Shown here piece after piece: positions 1 to 8,503 of a stretch of DNA of 64,000 bases; positions within the stretch are counted from its first letter, which is position 1; each line of letters begins with the position of its first letter. Origin of the DNA: Gemmatales bacterium (lineage in GTDB: Bacteria > Planctomycetota > Planctomycetia > Gemmatales > HRBIN36); NCBI GenBank assembly GCA_041640595.1, contig JBEPZY010000003.1, positions 412,342 to 476,341 on the forward strand, written 5' to 3'. Both the position numbers and the translations under genes were made by a program. Below the pieces are notes generated by a model that made no database searches, was not told where the DNA came from, and saw only the letters and a program-made list of their open reading frames with translations.

Positions 1-647
1 AGAAGCAGAAGCCCGACTTCCCAGTCGTCGGCGTTCTCCACGACAATGGTGAGGGCAAACTCTGCTCCTGCGGGCACGGTCTCGAAGTCGTATTTGATAC
101 CGGATTTGGCCGAGCCCAGGTCGCGGTCAATACCCACCCCGTCCCGCACTTCGGTCAAGCGCAGCAGGCTGTCGCGATTGGCAAGCATCGCATCCTGAAA
201 CGCTACCCGCGAGGCGAGCCAGGGCGAACCAAAAAGCCGGCACGCAGTGCAGGAAAGTTGCCAGAGCCTTTTTGTAAATTCCTCATCATCGTCTCGGGCA
301 CGCTCAACGAGTTCTCTTTTGCGTTCGCCAGTGACGCACCGATTCGCTTCGTCCAGAGGATCGCACGCCCAGAGGCGTTGTCCCTGATATTGGCTTTTCA
401 TCCCCTCCATAGTGCGGAGCACACGCTCGACATAGGTTCGCACCACACCTTTGAGCGAAGAGCCGGGGATAAACGGTACGCCCTCCGGCGTCTTGATGAC
501 AGGTAGATCCGAACCCGCTGGCAGGAGTGAAGCCCGGCTCCCGACAGATAACGCCGTCTTCATTCGCAGGGTCGCGGTAATGAGCCAGCGATTGTCAAAT
601 TGCCAGAAAGAGTTCAAGGCCGTTCCTCCGTTTCTTTTACCAGCCAT
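1..647 (-). CDS. csx7: CRISPR RAMP protein, Csx7/Cas7 group (3' end runs off the window)
   Basis: Not in the ORF track; manual translation from ATG 647 gives ...GSDLPVIKTPEGVPFIPGSSLKGVVR...WACDPL...CTACRLFGSPWLASRVAFQDA...EVRDGVGIDRDLGSAKSGIKYDFETVPAG, typical Cas7-group RAMP motifs. Confidence 0.85.
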   Translation of the reverse strand, partial: MAGKRNGGTALNSFWQFDNRWLITATLRMKTALSVGSRASLLPAGSDLPVIKTPEGVPFIPGSSLKGVVRTYVERVLRTMEGMKSQYQGQRLWACDPLDEANRCVTGERKRELVERARDDDEEFTKRLWQLSCTACRLFGSPWLASRVAFQDAMLANRDSLLRLTEVRDGVGIDRDLGSAKSGIKYDFETVPAGAEFALTIVVENADDWEVGLLL

Positions 648-1073
648 TCAGGCGCTTGCCGAAGCGAGGTTTCGATCGCTTGCAAGGCGTGCTTCTCTGA
701 GAAGCATGCGTACGGCGGCTTCCCATCGGATTCGCTCCTCACCGGTTCGTTCATAGATGCAGACGCCGGTACGCATGATCTGTTCCCGAAGCCAGAGCGG
801 AGCCTGGGGAAGCTCCACGAGGTCCAGGCGATCGGTCCCGAGCAGTTCGGAGAGTTCCGCATAAAAAGACGGAAAGCGAAAGCCGGGAGCAGGAAAAATC
901 GCCAAATCTATGTCCTGCGCATGTTCTGGATTGTGAACCGCGGAGCCGAAAAGGTAGGCCAGTTGAATCGGATACCGTGCGCAGAGCCTGGAAAGCCCCT
1001 GCTGCCAGCCTGGCGCCAGCGTTCCTAAGGCAGGCAAATGAGCGTATTTCTCGCGCACCGCCATAGGAATCAC
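648..1073 (-). CDS. Minimal nucleotidyltransferase (MNT/MntA-like, Pol-beta fold)
   Basis: LAYLFGS-x9-DIDLA motif plus downstream DLVEL; GTGA overlap with the upstream gene (alternative ATG at 1064); stop abuts the csx7 ATG. Confidence 0.85.
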   Translation of the reverse strand: MIPMAVREKYAHLPALGTLAPGWQQGLSRLCARYPIQLAYLFGSAVHNPEHAQDIDLAIFPAPGFRFPSFYAELSELLGTDRLDLVELPQAPLWLREQIMRTGVCIYERTGEERIRWEAAVRMLLREARLASDRNLASASA

Positions 1074-1453
1074 CCCTTCTTGCGCTCGGCCACGAACTTG
1101 CGCACCAGGAATCCCAAATACAGCCGAATAAGCTCCATTCGCGCCCGCCGAAGAGCCTCGGGGTTGCCACCAGCCAGTTCTTCAGCCTTCTTGCCCAGCT
1201 GCTGGATATCCTTCAGAATCTGTTGTCCCACTCGATCGGGGATCTTTTTTCGACCCATCTGGTAGCTGATGAAGTTCTCCAGAGCCAGCACCGAGTCCGT
1301 TGCGGCAGCCAGGTTCTGAAGGTTGCGAAGCTGGGACTCTTCCAGGTCAGCCCTTGCTGCGGCTCCTGTAGCAGTGATGCACTTTTCCGCGACGCTTACG
1401 ATTTCATCCAGATGCTTTTCAATGTTCTGCAACAGTTTGGCCTCGACGGTCAT
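1070..1453 (-). CDS. Type III small subunit (Cas11/Csm2-like)
   Basis: 127 aa, helical, SQLRNL...FISYQMGR...RLYLGFLVRKF; position between csx10 and cas7 genes. Confidence 0.7.
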   Translation of the reverse strand: MTVEAKLLQNIEKHLDEIVSVAEKCITATGAAARADLEESQLRNLQNLAAATDSVLALENFISYQMGRKKIPDRVGQQILKDIQQLGKKAEELAGGNPEALRRARMELIRLYLGFLVRKFVAERKKG

Positions 1454-2658
1454 ACCGGCATTACCTCCTTATGAAATGGATGGCAGACCAGGATTTCCCC
1501 CAATCCCTCGTCAGTGCGCTGCCCCACGCCCTGGGCTTCCAAGGATTCAAGCCAGGAAAGCAGTTGTGCATCGTCAGGCTGGTTATCCACGCGAAAAACA
1601 TAAACGCTCCCTGCTGCCGCACCCAGTTGAGTCGGCTTGGGCAATCCCCAGGCCGTCGAAAATCCACCAACGAACGTCGCTTGCGTGGCCCAAAATACGG
1701 GCGCTAACCATTGCCCCGAACGCTCCAACCAGAGCTGGAGCGTGGGGATGCCATCGGGGTCGCGGAGAATCGCAGGGCCCAGCAGGTCGACAGAGAAATA
1801 GGTGCCGGGAGGCGCGTCGGGAAGCGTGATGGACGAATCTACCTGCCGAGCAAGAGCGACCAAATCACGCCAGACCTGCCGTAATTGGTCGTTGAATTCT
1901 CGCAGACGAGCTCGCAGGGGTGTAATGGCAGGCTCGGTTTTCGCAATTCGTACGGTGCCGAAACCGCGGGTGGTCAGTGCTCCGACACCGATACGCTCAA
2001 TGGCTTGCTGAATTTCTTTCACCACCGCCTCATCGTCGGTCCAGAGCCTTCCGACGAAGTGCCCATTCGGTCGCACTCCGACCACGCGGTACAACATTCC
2101 TTCCTGAGCGGCTCGCCGATAGCGGCTCAACGCCACCTTGGTCTGCAGGGCTTTCTGAAGTTTGATGACTCTCCAGCCTTCAGGAGGGGGAGCATAAAAT
2201 CCGCTCACCCGCTCCATGCGTCCACCGCACTTCTGACCGTTTCCCTCGTGCGTGCAGCGCAGGAGCATGGGCACAGGAAAGCTGGCGCCCAGTTTCTTCA
2301 GCTCCGCATAGGCCAGGGTTACGAGCAGGCTATCTCGAATACCGTGACCGGGTTTGTCCTCGCCTGGTTCGGGAACCTGCCGAAAACCGCCGTAAAGCTT
2401 GCATTCCAACGCCGTCATGGGAAAGGGCAAAGACCACACCCGTTCAGACGGTGTGGGAAAGAAATTTCCAAAGCGGACTTTCTGTACCGATGGGAGAATC
2501 TCTTCAGCTCGCCCCTGGGCTTTCAACCACTCAGCCCAGGCCCCTCGCAGGATGCTACCCGGTAGATATTCGCGCGTGTCCAAATAATCCCCGCGCGGTT
2601 TCAGCGTGCCGGTGCGCAATGGCTTTTCAGGCGTGAGGCAAAGGAAGTGTTCCGTCAC
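1450..2658 (-). CDS. csx10: CRISPR RAMP protein Csx10 (Cas5 group)
   Basis: YLPGSILRGA; two Gly-rich loops (GVGALTTRGFG and GVGQRTDEGLG); GGFSTAWGLPKP; AGSVYVF. Confidence 0.85.
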   Translation of the reverse strand: MTEHFLCLTPEKPLRTGTLKPRGDYLDTREYLPGSILRGAWAEWLKAQGRAEEILPSVQKVRFGNFFPTPSERVWSLPFPMTALECKLYGGFRQVPEPGEDKPGHGIRDSLLVTLAYAELKKLGASFPVPMLLRCTHEGNGQKCGGRMERVSGFYAPPPEGWRVIKLQKALQTKVALSRYRRAAQEGMLYRVVGVRPNGHFVGRLWTDDEAVVKEIQQAIERIGVGALTTRGFGTVRIAKTEPAITPLRARLREFNDQLRQVWRDLVALARQVDSSITLPDAPPGTYFSVDLLGPAILRDPDGIPTLQLWLERSGQWLAPVFWATQATFVGGFSTAWGLPKPTQLGAAAGSVYVFRVDNQPDDAQLLSWLESLEAQGVGQRTDEGLGEILVCHPFHKEVMPV

Positions 2659-3308
2659 CAGGCAACCTCCAGGGGTTTACCCAGATGTTGAATCTGCTGG
2701 TAAATGTCTTCCTTAGCTACCGGTTGGTCATCCACCTTGACCGACCACTGGTGCAACTGAACCCATCCTAACCCTCTGGAACGCGCGGCACCGATGGCGT
2801 AGCCGGTTTGGGCAGCAAGCACGAGAATAGCTGCGGCCTGGAGCGACCGGCTGCGCGAGTCGAACCATCCTCCGATTTGTGCGCGTACCTGCCTGGACCA
2901 GGCCACCTCGGTGGAAAAGAGGCGTTCTTCATAAGCCGTCTTACGCCAGCGACTGAGGGAAACATTCATGCGCACCTCGGTGGCCGAATCGTCCAAAACT
3001 GCATCCGAGAAATACAACCACGAACGCTGTCGAGGAGCGCCGAAAACCTGGCAAACCAGGCAGAACTGCTGGTTGCAGATACTATCCGCCCGAGAGCCAT
3101 CACAAACCGTTTGTCCCAATCCCCGCAGAATGCGTTCTGCCCTTTCCCGGAGCCAGCCTTTGAGCGTGGTTGCCGGCACCACTGGCTTGCTGCCATCACG
3201 CCAATCCACCACAAGCGCTTTATCTGTCCACAGCTTTGCCAGCTCACCAGTGATGTGCACGCCAGAGTTAAGCTGAAAAACAAGCTCAATCTGCAGCGGG
3301 TGCACCAT
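2655..3308 (-). CDS. CRISPR RAMP protein, Csm3/Cas7 group
   Basis: From ATG 3308: PVVPATTLKGWLR, CLVCQVFG, LYFSDA, IGAARSRGLG G-loop; overlaps the cas10 3' end. Confidence 0.85.
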   Translation of the reverse strand: MVHPLQIELVFQLNSGVHITGELAKLWTDKALVVDWRDGSKPVVPATTLKGWLRERAERILRGLGQTVCDGSRADSICNQQFCLVCQVFGAPRQRSWLYFSDAVLDDSATEVRMNVSLSRWRKTAYEERLFSTEVAWSRQVRAQIGGWFDSRSRSLQAAAILVLAAQTGYAIGAARSRGLGWVQLHQWSVKVDDQPVAKEDIYQQIQHLGKPLEVAW

Positions 3309-5541
3309 GATGTTCTCCGGTTGGGTAATGTTTTTCAGCGCCCAGTTCAATGAGTTCCAGCGCATCCAGCAAGGCTGTTTTCCAGCCTGCTTGAGGCACC
3401 TTGTGCCAGAACCAGAACCCAGAGGATGGAGCCTCCAGCAGTTCGCCCAACTCCTGAAACGTCTCGCGCAGTGCTTGTCGTTGTTGCTGTTCTTTTTGCC
3501 GGGCCGCTTGATACAGGGAATAATTGAGCGAAACATGCACGCCTTTTTCTAAGGCCTCTGCGAGCGTGCGACGTTGGGTAGCCGGTAGAACTGCGAGTTT
3601 TTGAGCCAGGATCGTAAGCTTTGCTGCATCCTCGTGAGTGTACGGACGAGCGGTGAGCAGGACGGTTCCCTGCTCCGATTGCCGCTCGTACAGGGCATCC
3701 AGCACCGTCTCCGCCTTTTCAGAAATGACCGGTGCCCGCAACCAGAGATGGCATAGTGTGCCCTTGCCACGCTGCCGCGCCAAATATTTGGCTCGTTTGA
3801 GCAGCCCCTCTGCAAGGGTGAAGAGGAAACTTACCGGATACTTCATATCCGCAATGGCAAGTCCGGCCGACAGAGTCAGTGAGATGCGACGACGCAAAAT
3901 ACCTTCACCGAATTGCTCCCTGATTTCGCTTTCGAGCTTTCGAATGCCCGGATGGCTTTCAAACCTTTTGAGCACCTGCAGGGCAAGCGCCCAGCCCTGT
4001 TCAGCGCGAACCATCACCACCACATCGTCGCCTCCCAGGGCAATGATTTCGAAGGGAACGGACTGGCTCGCCCTTGTCAACAACTCTTCGCCGAAGACCG
4101 TCCAGATCGCCTCGAACAGCGCTTCTTTGGTGGCGGATTCCAGCACTTGCGAAAAATGCCGATACGATGCCGGTGAAGGCATAAGCTGCAGCAGGTCGCC
4201 CATGTTGTTGCCATCGGCATACAGAAGGGCAATTTTGCCGCCGGTACCCGCCAGAGTTTCCAAGTCTTCTGAACAGCGAAATTTGGTCTGGCAACCGCGA
4301 TTTTTGGCCGACCACTCTTCAAATTCGCCCAGAAATTGCCGGCGTTCCTTTCGCCCAGTGTCACGCTTGTTCTGGCACACACAGCACAGCCATTCCTGCT
4401 TCACGGAGTCCCAACTTTCGGCTGGGCGTTTGCCGCAGGAGCTGCACCGTCGAGACACGGGTAAAGCTTCGATAAACGGTGTGCGTTCCCGCATGCGCTT
4501 GGCTTGTTGAAGCTTGGCGGTGACAGCGGAGACGAGCTCCCCGAAGTTTTTCCGCTTGTTGCGGTCGGTAAGCAGGGCCTCAAAATGACTGAAAAGTAAA
4601 TCCGCTGCCAGTCCCTCACCGGACAGACTTCGCAGCACATCCTCGGAATGAGGTGCCAGTCCACGCGCGAACTGAGCATAACCCAACGGCTCAGAAGCCA
4701 CCACCGTTACCGTTGCGACCTGCGTTTTCTGCAGATAACATTTTTCGAGCTCCTGCTTCAATTCCTCCACCATGCTGGCGGGCACGAGAGCCAAAAAGCC
4801 ACCACCGCCGCAGTAGATGAGGCATTCCTTGGCAAGTCTCTTGCCAAATAATGCGAAGACATCTTGTTCCCGCTTCACCAGAATCTGACTGGCACCGCGA
4901 ATATCGGGCAACGCGTGCGACTCGTAAACGTAGCTTTTGATGGCGTCGGTATCGCCCATGAGCAGGCAAAGGGGCGGTTGTACTCCGAACAGTTCTCCCT
5001 CCAATTGTTCCGTCGCTGCGACGTGCTCCTCCAACGGCTGATGAGTGCCAGCGTGGCTCACTTCCGGTCGATCGCCGGCTGAGGCGTAAATGTTGGCCAA
5101 CGCCACAAGCTTTTCCAGCAACGTCCCCGGATTATCGCGCAGATGATGGCGGGCTACGCTTCTCACGATCACCTCGCGCAACTGTCCCTCAACTCCCTTT
5201 GCGGTCAGCCACTCGGCAGCATATTCCGCCCCCCGCTGTACATGCAGCCGATATTCACTCCTTGCTACTCGGGCTTTCCCCAGGTCGTGTAGTAGTCCGC
5301 AGAGACAGGCCAGCAAACGCAGTTCAGGTGAACTCAACGAAAGCCCGCAAAGTTCCTCTGGTGATTTTCCGCGGCGCAGCAGCTCCTCGGCAAAGGCGGC
5401 GGCGATTCCGCTCGTCAGCACCAGGTGCTCGTACAGCGAAATCCGGCCGACCCGACCATCGGCCAGAAGGTAACTTTCCTGGCCCAGCGATTCTTCAAAT
5501 TCCCGGTGAAAACTCGCTACAAGTTCTTCCAGGTCGCTCAT
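3286..5541 (-). CDS. cas10: Cas10 (type III large subunit) with HD domain and intact GGDD palm
   Basis: SLYEH...LLHDLGK...H...RHH; palm-1 GDTDAIKSYVY; CSSC/CCVC zinc finger; ADGNNMG; LGGDDVV; SAGLAIA. Start placed at MSDLEE (5541), uncertain. Confidence 0.93.
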   Translation of the reverse strand: MSDLEELVASFHREFEESLGQESYLLADGRVGRISLYEHLVLTSGIAAAFAEELLRRGKSPEELCGLSLSSPELRLLACLCGLLHDLGKARVARSEYRLHVQRGAEYAAEWLTAKGVEGQLREVIVRSVARHHLRDNPGTLLEKLVALANIYASAGDRPEVSHAGTHQPLEEHVAATEQLEGELFGVQPPLCLLMGDTDAIKSYVYESHALPDIRGASQILVKREQDVFALFGKRLAKECLIYCGGGGFLALVPASMVEELKQELEKCYLQKTQVATVTVVASEPLGYAQFARGLAPHSEDVLRSLSGEGLAADLLFSHFEALLTDRNKRKNFGELVSAVTAKLQQAKRMRERTPFIEALPVSRRCSSCGKRPAESWDSVKQEWLCCVCQNKRDTGRKERRQFLGEFEEWSAKNRGCQTKFRCSEDLETLAGTGGKIALLYADGNNMGDLLQLMPSPASYRHFSQVLESATKEALFEAIWTVFGEELLTRASQSVPFEIIALGGDDVVVMVRAEQGWALALQVLKRFESHPGIRKLESEIREQFGEGILRRRISLTLSAGLAIADMKYPVSFLFTLAEGLLKRAKYLARQRGKGTLCHLWLRAPVISEKAETVLDALYERQSEQGTVLLTARPYTHEDAAKLTILAQKLAVLPATQRRTLAEALEKGVHVSLNYSLYQAARQKEQQQRQALRETFQELGELLEAPSSGFWFWHKVPQAGWKTALLDALELIELGAEKHYPTGEHHGAPAAD

Positions 5542-6099
5542 GCTTTCCGCCCATTTCCACGAATGCCGTTCGCAGTCAGCTCTGCCGAATGCAATTCCTT
5601 TTTCCCAGCGGTTCACGCGATGGGTCCCGCAAACGAACCGTGTTGTCCCGGCTTCTCTGCGGACTGCACTTCCTTTTTTCCAGCAGTTGACGCTGGCCAC
5701 GATCACAGGCCCGACGCTTCTGGAGCATATCTTCATTCACGGCTCCCTTTCGTTTCACCTGGCTACCGTGGATTCGGGCCGAACGTGCTCCTTGATTTCA
5801 GGAAGAGTCAGAAAGACCTCCGCACGATGTTTGGCGTCGCCGGTCTGAAGCAACACCACCAGCCGCGTATGTCCCTAGCGATTTTCTGGCTCAACGGACT
5901 CGCCAAAGGTAACTGATGCGATCCCGGTGACTTACCACGCGGGTAGGCCACACAGTATCTTGTGAACACGGGCGACATCGGTGGCATCCTCGTTTGGTGC
6001 ATTTTAGACAGTTGCTATACTTGTATTCGAGAATCCAAACCGCGGCAATGGTCAACACTCGATTTTGTCTCTGATTGGCACAATGGCGACCGGCCGCGG

Positions 6100-7075
6100 A
6101 AACGGCAGCTATAGACGCCACCGGCTGGGAACCTGCCCGGGCTTCTTCCCCATTGGTATTTATCGCACAGTAACTACTGATGCCGCCGGTTGGGAATCTG
6201 CCTCAGCTTCCTCTCGTGGCTCGACGACCTGTTCGCGCCTATGGATGCAAGCGGTTCGGAATCTACCCCCAGTAGTGCCTACGACCAGACTCGCCGGGGT
6301 CAACGACGCAAGGGCGATGTCTCGGTCTGGGAATCTACTCCCCGGGAGTGCCTGCGACCAGACGCGCCGCGGCTAACGGCGGAAGGGCGATGTCCCGGTT
6401 TCGCGGCTGATGGTGTGTGGCAACTTGTTCCCGTGCCGTGTGCAGATTCCCCAGTGGCCGTGCAATGACGAAATGGCAACTCGCAATCGGCATGTCCACG
6501 TGCTTGGGCAGGTGCACAGAGTGCGGTGTGGAGATAGGCCGGGCGCCGTGTAATGACAAAAGCGCGGCTCGCCATCTGCAGGCCAAAGCGTTGGCTCAGG
6601 TATTACCGCAGCATTTGGTGGCCGACGCGGGCTATGATGCGGCGTGGGTGCACGAGTTTTGTCGGGAGCGATGGCGGGTAAACAGTTGGACACCGCTGGC
6701 GGTGCATAGTGGGGATGGTCAGGTGCGAGGCCACCGGCGTTCCCAGAGGAGGGAGATGCCGAAGGTGTACCGTCAGCGTTGGCACGTGGAATTGTTCCTA
6801 AGTGGGCAGAAGCGAACCACTGGGTCGCAATTGACGGCGTGGCGGTAGAGTTAGGCCTGGTAGCCAGGCGTTACACTGTCAGCCACAGTTGGGGGCGCGG
6901 CGGGGGAAAAACTGTAGGAGGATGGTCATGTACAGCGCCGGTGCTACACTGTCAGCCACAGTTGAGCACGTGGCGGGAGAAGACGTTGAACAATGAAGCG
7001 GCTCTGCGGGTGGTGGCTTACGCCGTTCGCCGTTAGTTTGCGCCCACACGCAACTATGTTTTCGACAGAGCAGTG
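6100..7075 (+). mobile_element. Decayed IS with DDE transposase pseudogene (IS5/DDE_Tnp_1-like)
   Basis: Fragments IDATGWE, LVADAGYDAAW, YRQRWHVE.FLSG.KRTTG and EAALRVVAYAVRR*, broken by stops and duplications; end-like GTTTTCGACAGAGC at 7058-7071. Confidence 0.75.
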
Positions 7076-7081
7076 TAATTC

Positions 7082-7582
7082 TTAGTCCTCGTCTTCCTTC
7101 TCTTCGTCGAGCTTCAGTTGCTTACGCAATCGCTCATATTCGCGCATCGCCTTCAGCGTCGGCACCAACGTGACTATGCAATACATAGCCGTGGGATCGG
7201 AGAAGGGTTTCTCAATAGCTTTCCACTCTCGGGCAATCTTCTTGAGTGCCTCGCTATATCCCATGTCCCACGGCCGCCAGTCGAGCGTAGGGCCGTGTTC
7301 GCGAACATACGCGTGGTACCAGCGTAGCCGTTCTTCGGGCGATAGACCCGGAGGCGGTTCTGGACCAATCCGAAACGTCTCCCCGGCCACTAAATAACCC
7401 TCTGCCAAACAATGTTTCAGGAGTCGAAGAGTCCTTTCCATAAGCTCTTCATCACTGATTTGAGACTCGTCGGACGATGCATCAATAACAGCGCTCCAAA
7501 TATAACAAAGGGGCACGTCGCCATAGTGTGCGGATGCTAATATGTCAGCAAGAGCACGATTCCAATCGTAATCTGATCGCAT
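7082..7582 (-). CDS. Putative immunity protein of the orphan toxin cassette
   Basis: AGGAG RBS; starts 10 nt after the orphan toxin stop; 166 aa; lower GC than core genes. Confidence 0.7.
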   Translation of the reverse strand: MRSDYDWNRALADILASAHYGDVPLCYIWSAVIDASSDESQISDEELMERTLRLLKHCLAEGYLVAGETFRIGPEPPPGLSPEERLRWYHAYVREHGPTLDWRPWDMGYSEALKKIAREWKAIEKPFSDPTAMYCIVTLVPTLKAMREYERLRKQLKLDEEKEDED

Positions 7583-7592
7583 ATAGAAACTC

Positions 7593-8002
7593 CTAACCTA
7601 TATGAATTTCTCTCCAGCGCTTGAATCTGCCTGAACCTCTTACTCTCTCGATAAAAATATCAATCGTTGCTCCACCTGACCTTGATTCCTCGCGGAAGAT
7701 TAGACGGACAGTACCGAGGGCTGTGTCGGTGAGCTCTACCATCCGTTCTATTTCCTGGGCTCTATGCGCAGCAGTCAACGGCACCTCTACACCTCCTTGG
7801 GCATATTTATTGAAGATGTCCAGCAGCTCCTCTTCAGACTTGACAACGCGAACATGGCCTTGTTTCCCAGGCCGGCCTATTTTGCTGATATCCTTAGTTA
7901 TATCGCACGCATTATGTGCCCAGACGGAGAAGGGCCAGGATTGGTCGCAGACAAAATACGTATGGAAGGAGCGAATGGCAAGATGTTAGGCCCACTCGTA
8001 TT
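7593..8002 (-). pseudogene. Orphan toxin C-terminal cassette (HINT C-terminal fragment plus alternative toxin tip)
   Basis: Manual translation EYEWA*HLAIRSFHTYFVCDQSWPFSVWAHNACDITKD...REESRSGGATIDIF...EIHIG*; 7900-7982 matches 8781-8863 at 77/83 nt; no start codon for the HINT fragment. Confidence 0.85.
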
Positions 8003-8024
8003 CCTAGGCAACTTAATTCCATCT

Positions 8025-8501
8025 TCACTCATTTTCGTTGCCAAGGATCCGCTTCCTAGCTTCCTCGGCTGACATGGGGGGTACATACTCTGCGGCATGA
8101 AGTACAACTGCATCTTCCGCACCTGCAACTTTCGAGGTCTGTGAGGGAAATTCAAAGTCAGTAAGAGGGCCAGGAGCTTTGCCCTCCAGATAGTAATGGC
8201 ACAAATATGGGTCCACATGTTTTTCCAAATGATAGCGACTTAGGCCGAGAAGAACTCTTCGATCTCGTTTACTGATCTGAAGGAAAGAATCGCCATCTCG
8301 GACATAACGTATTTCAAGCTGCATTGAGGATCCGGCCGTTGGCATTACGACGGCATCAACGTATTCACCTAACAAAACATGCGCAATAGCCAACCAATCC
8401 AATAAATTTTTGTCTGTGATATAGATATCCAGAATCAGCCAACCATCCTGTTGCTGCTCAATATGATACTCTAGGGGCTTCGGAATCCATTTCTTTCTCA
8501 T
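8025..8501 (-). CDS. Putative cognate immunity protein
   Basis: Starts 2 nt after the toxin stop; 158 aa; lower GC. Confidence 0.75.
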   Translation of the reverse strand: MRKKWIPKPLEYHIEQQQDGWLILDIYITDKNLLDWLAIAHVLLGEYVDAVVMPTAGSSMQLEIRYVRDGDSFLQISKRDRRVLLGLSRYHLEKHVDPYLCHYYLEGKAPGPLTDFEFPSQTSKVAGAEDAVVLHAAEYVPPMSAEEARKRILGNENE

Positions 8502-8503
8502 CG

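Noticed and set aside
3309..3536. Upstream extension of the Csm3-like ORF
   Set aside because: Lies inside cas10 in another frame; the RAMP domain starts at MVHPL
5542..5736. 65-aa N-terminal extension of Cas10 in the ORF track
   Set aside because: No domain-like content; the HD domain begins after MSDLEE
5740..6100. Possible CRISPR array or cas6 upstream of cas10
   Set aside because: No repeats or recognisable cas ORF found here
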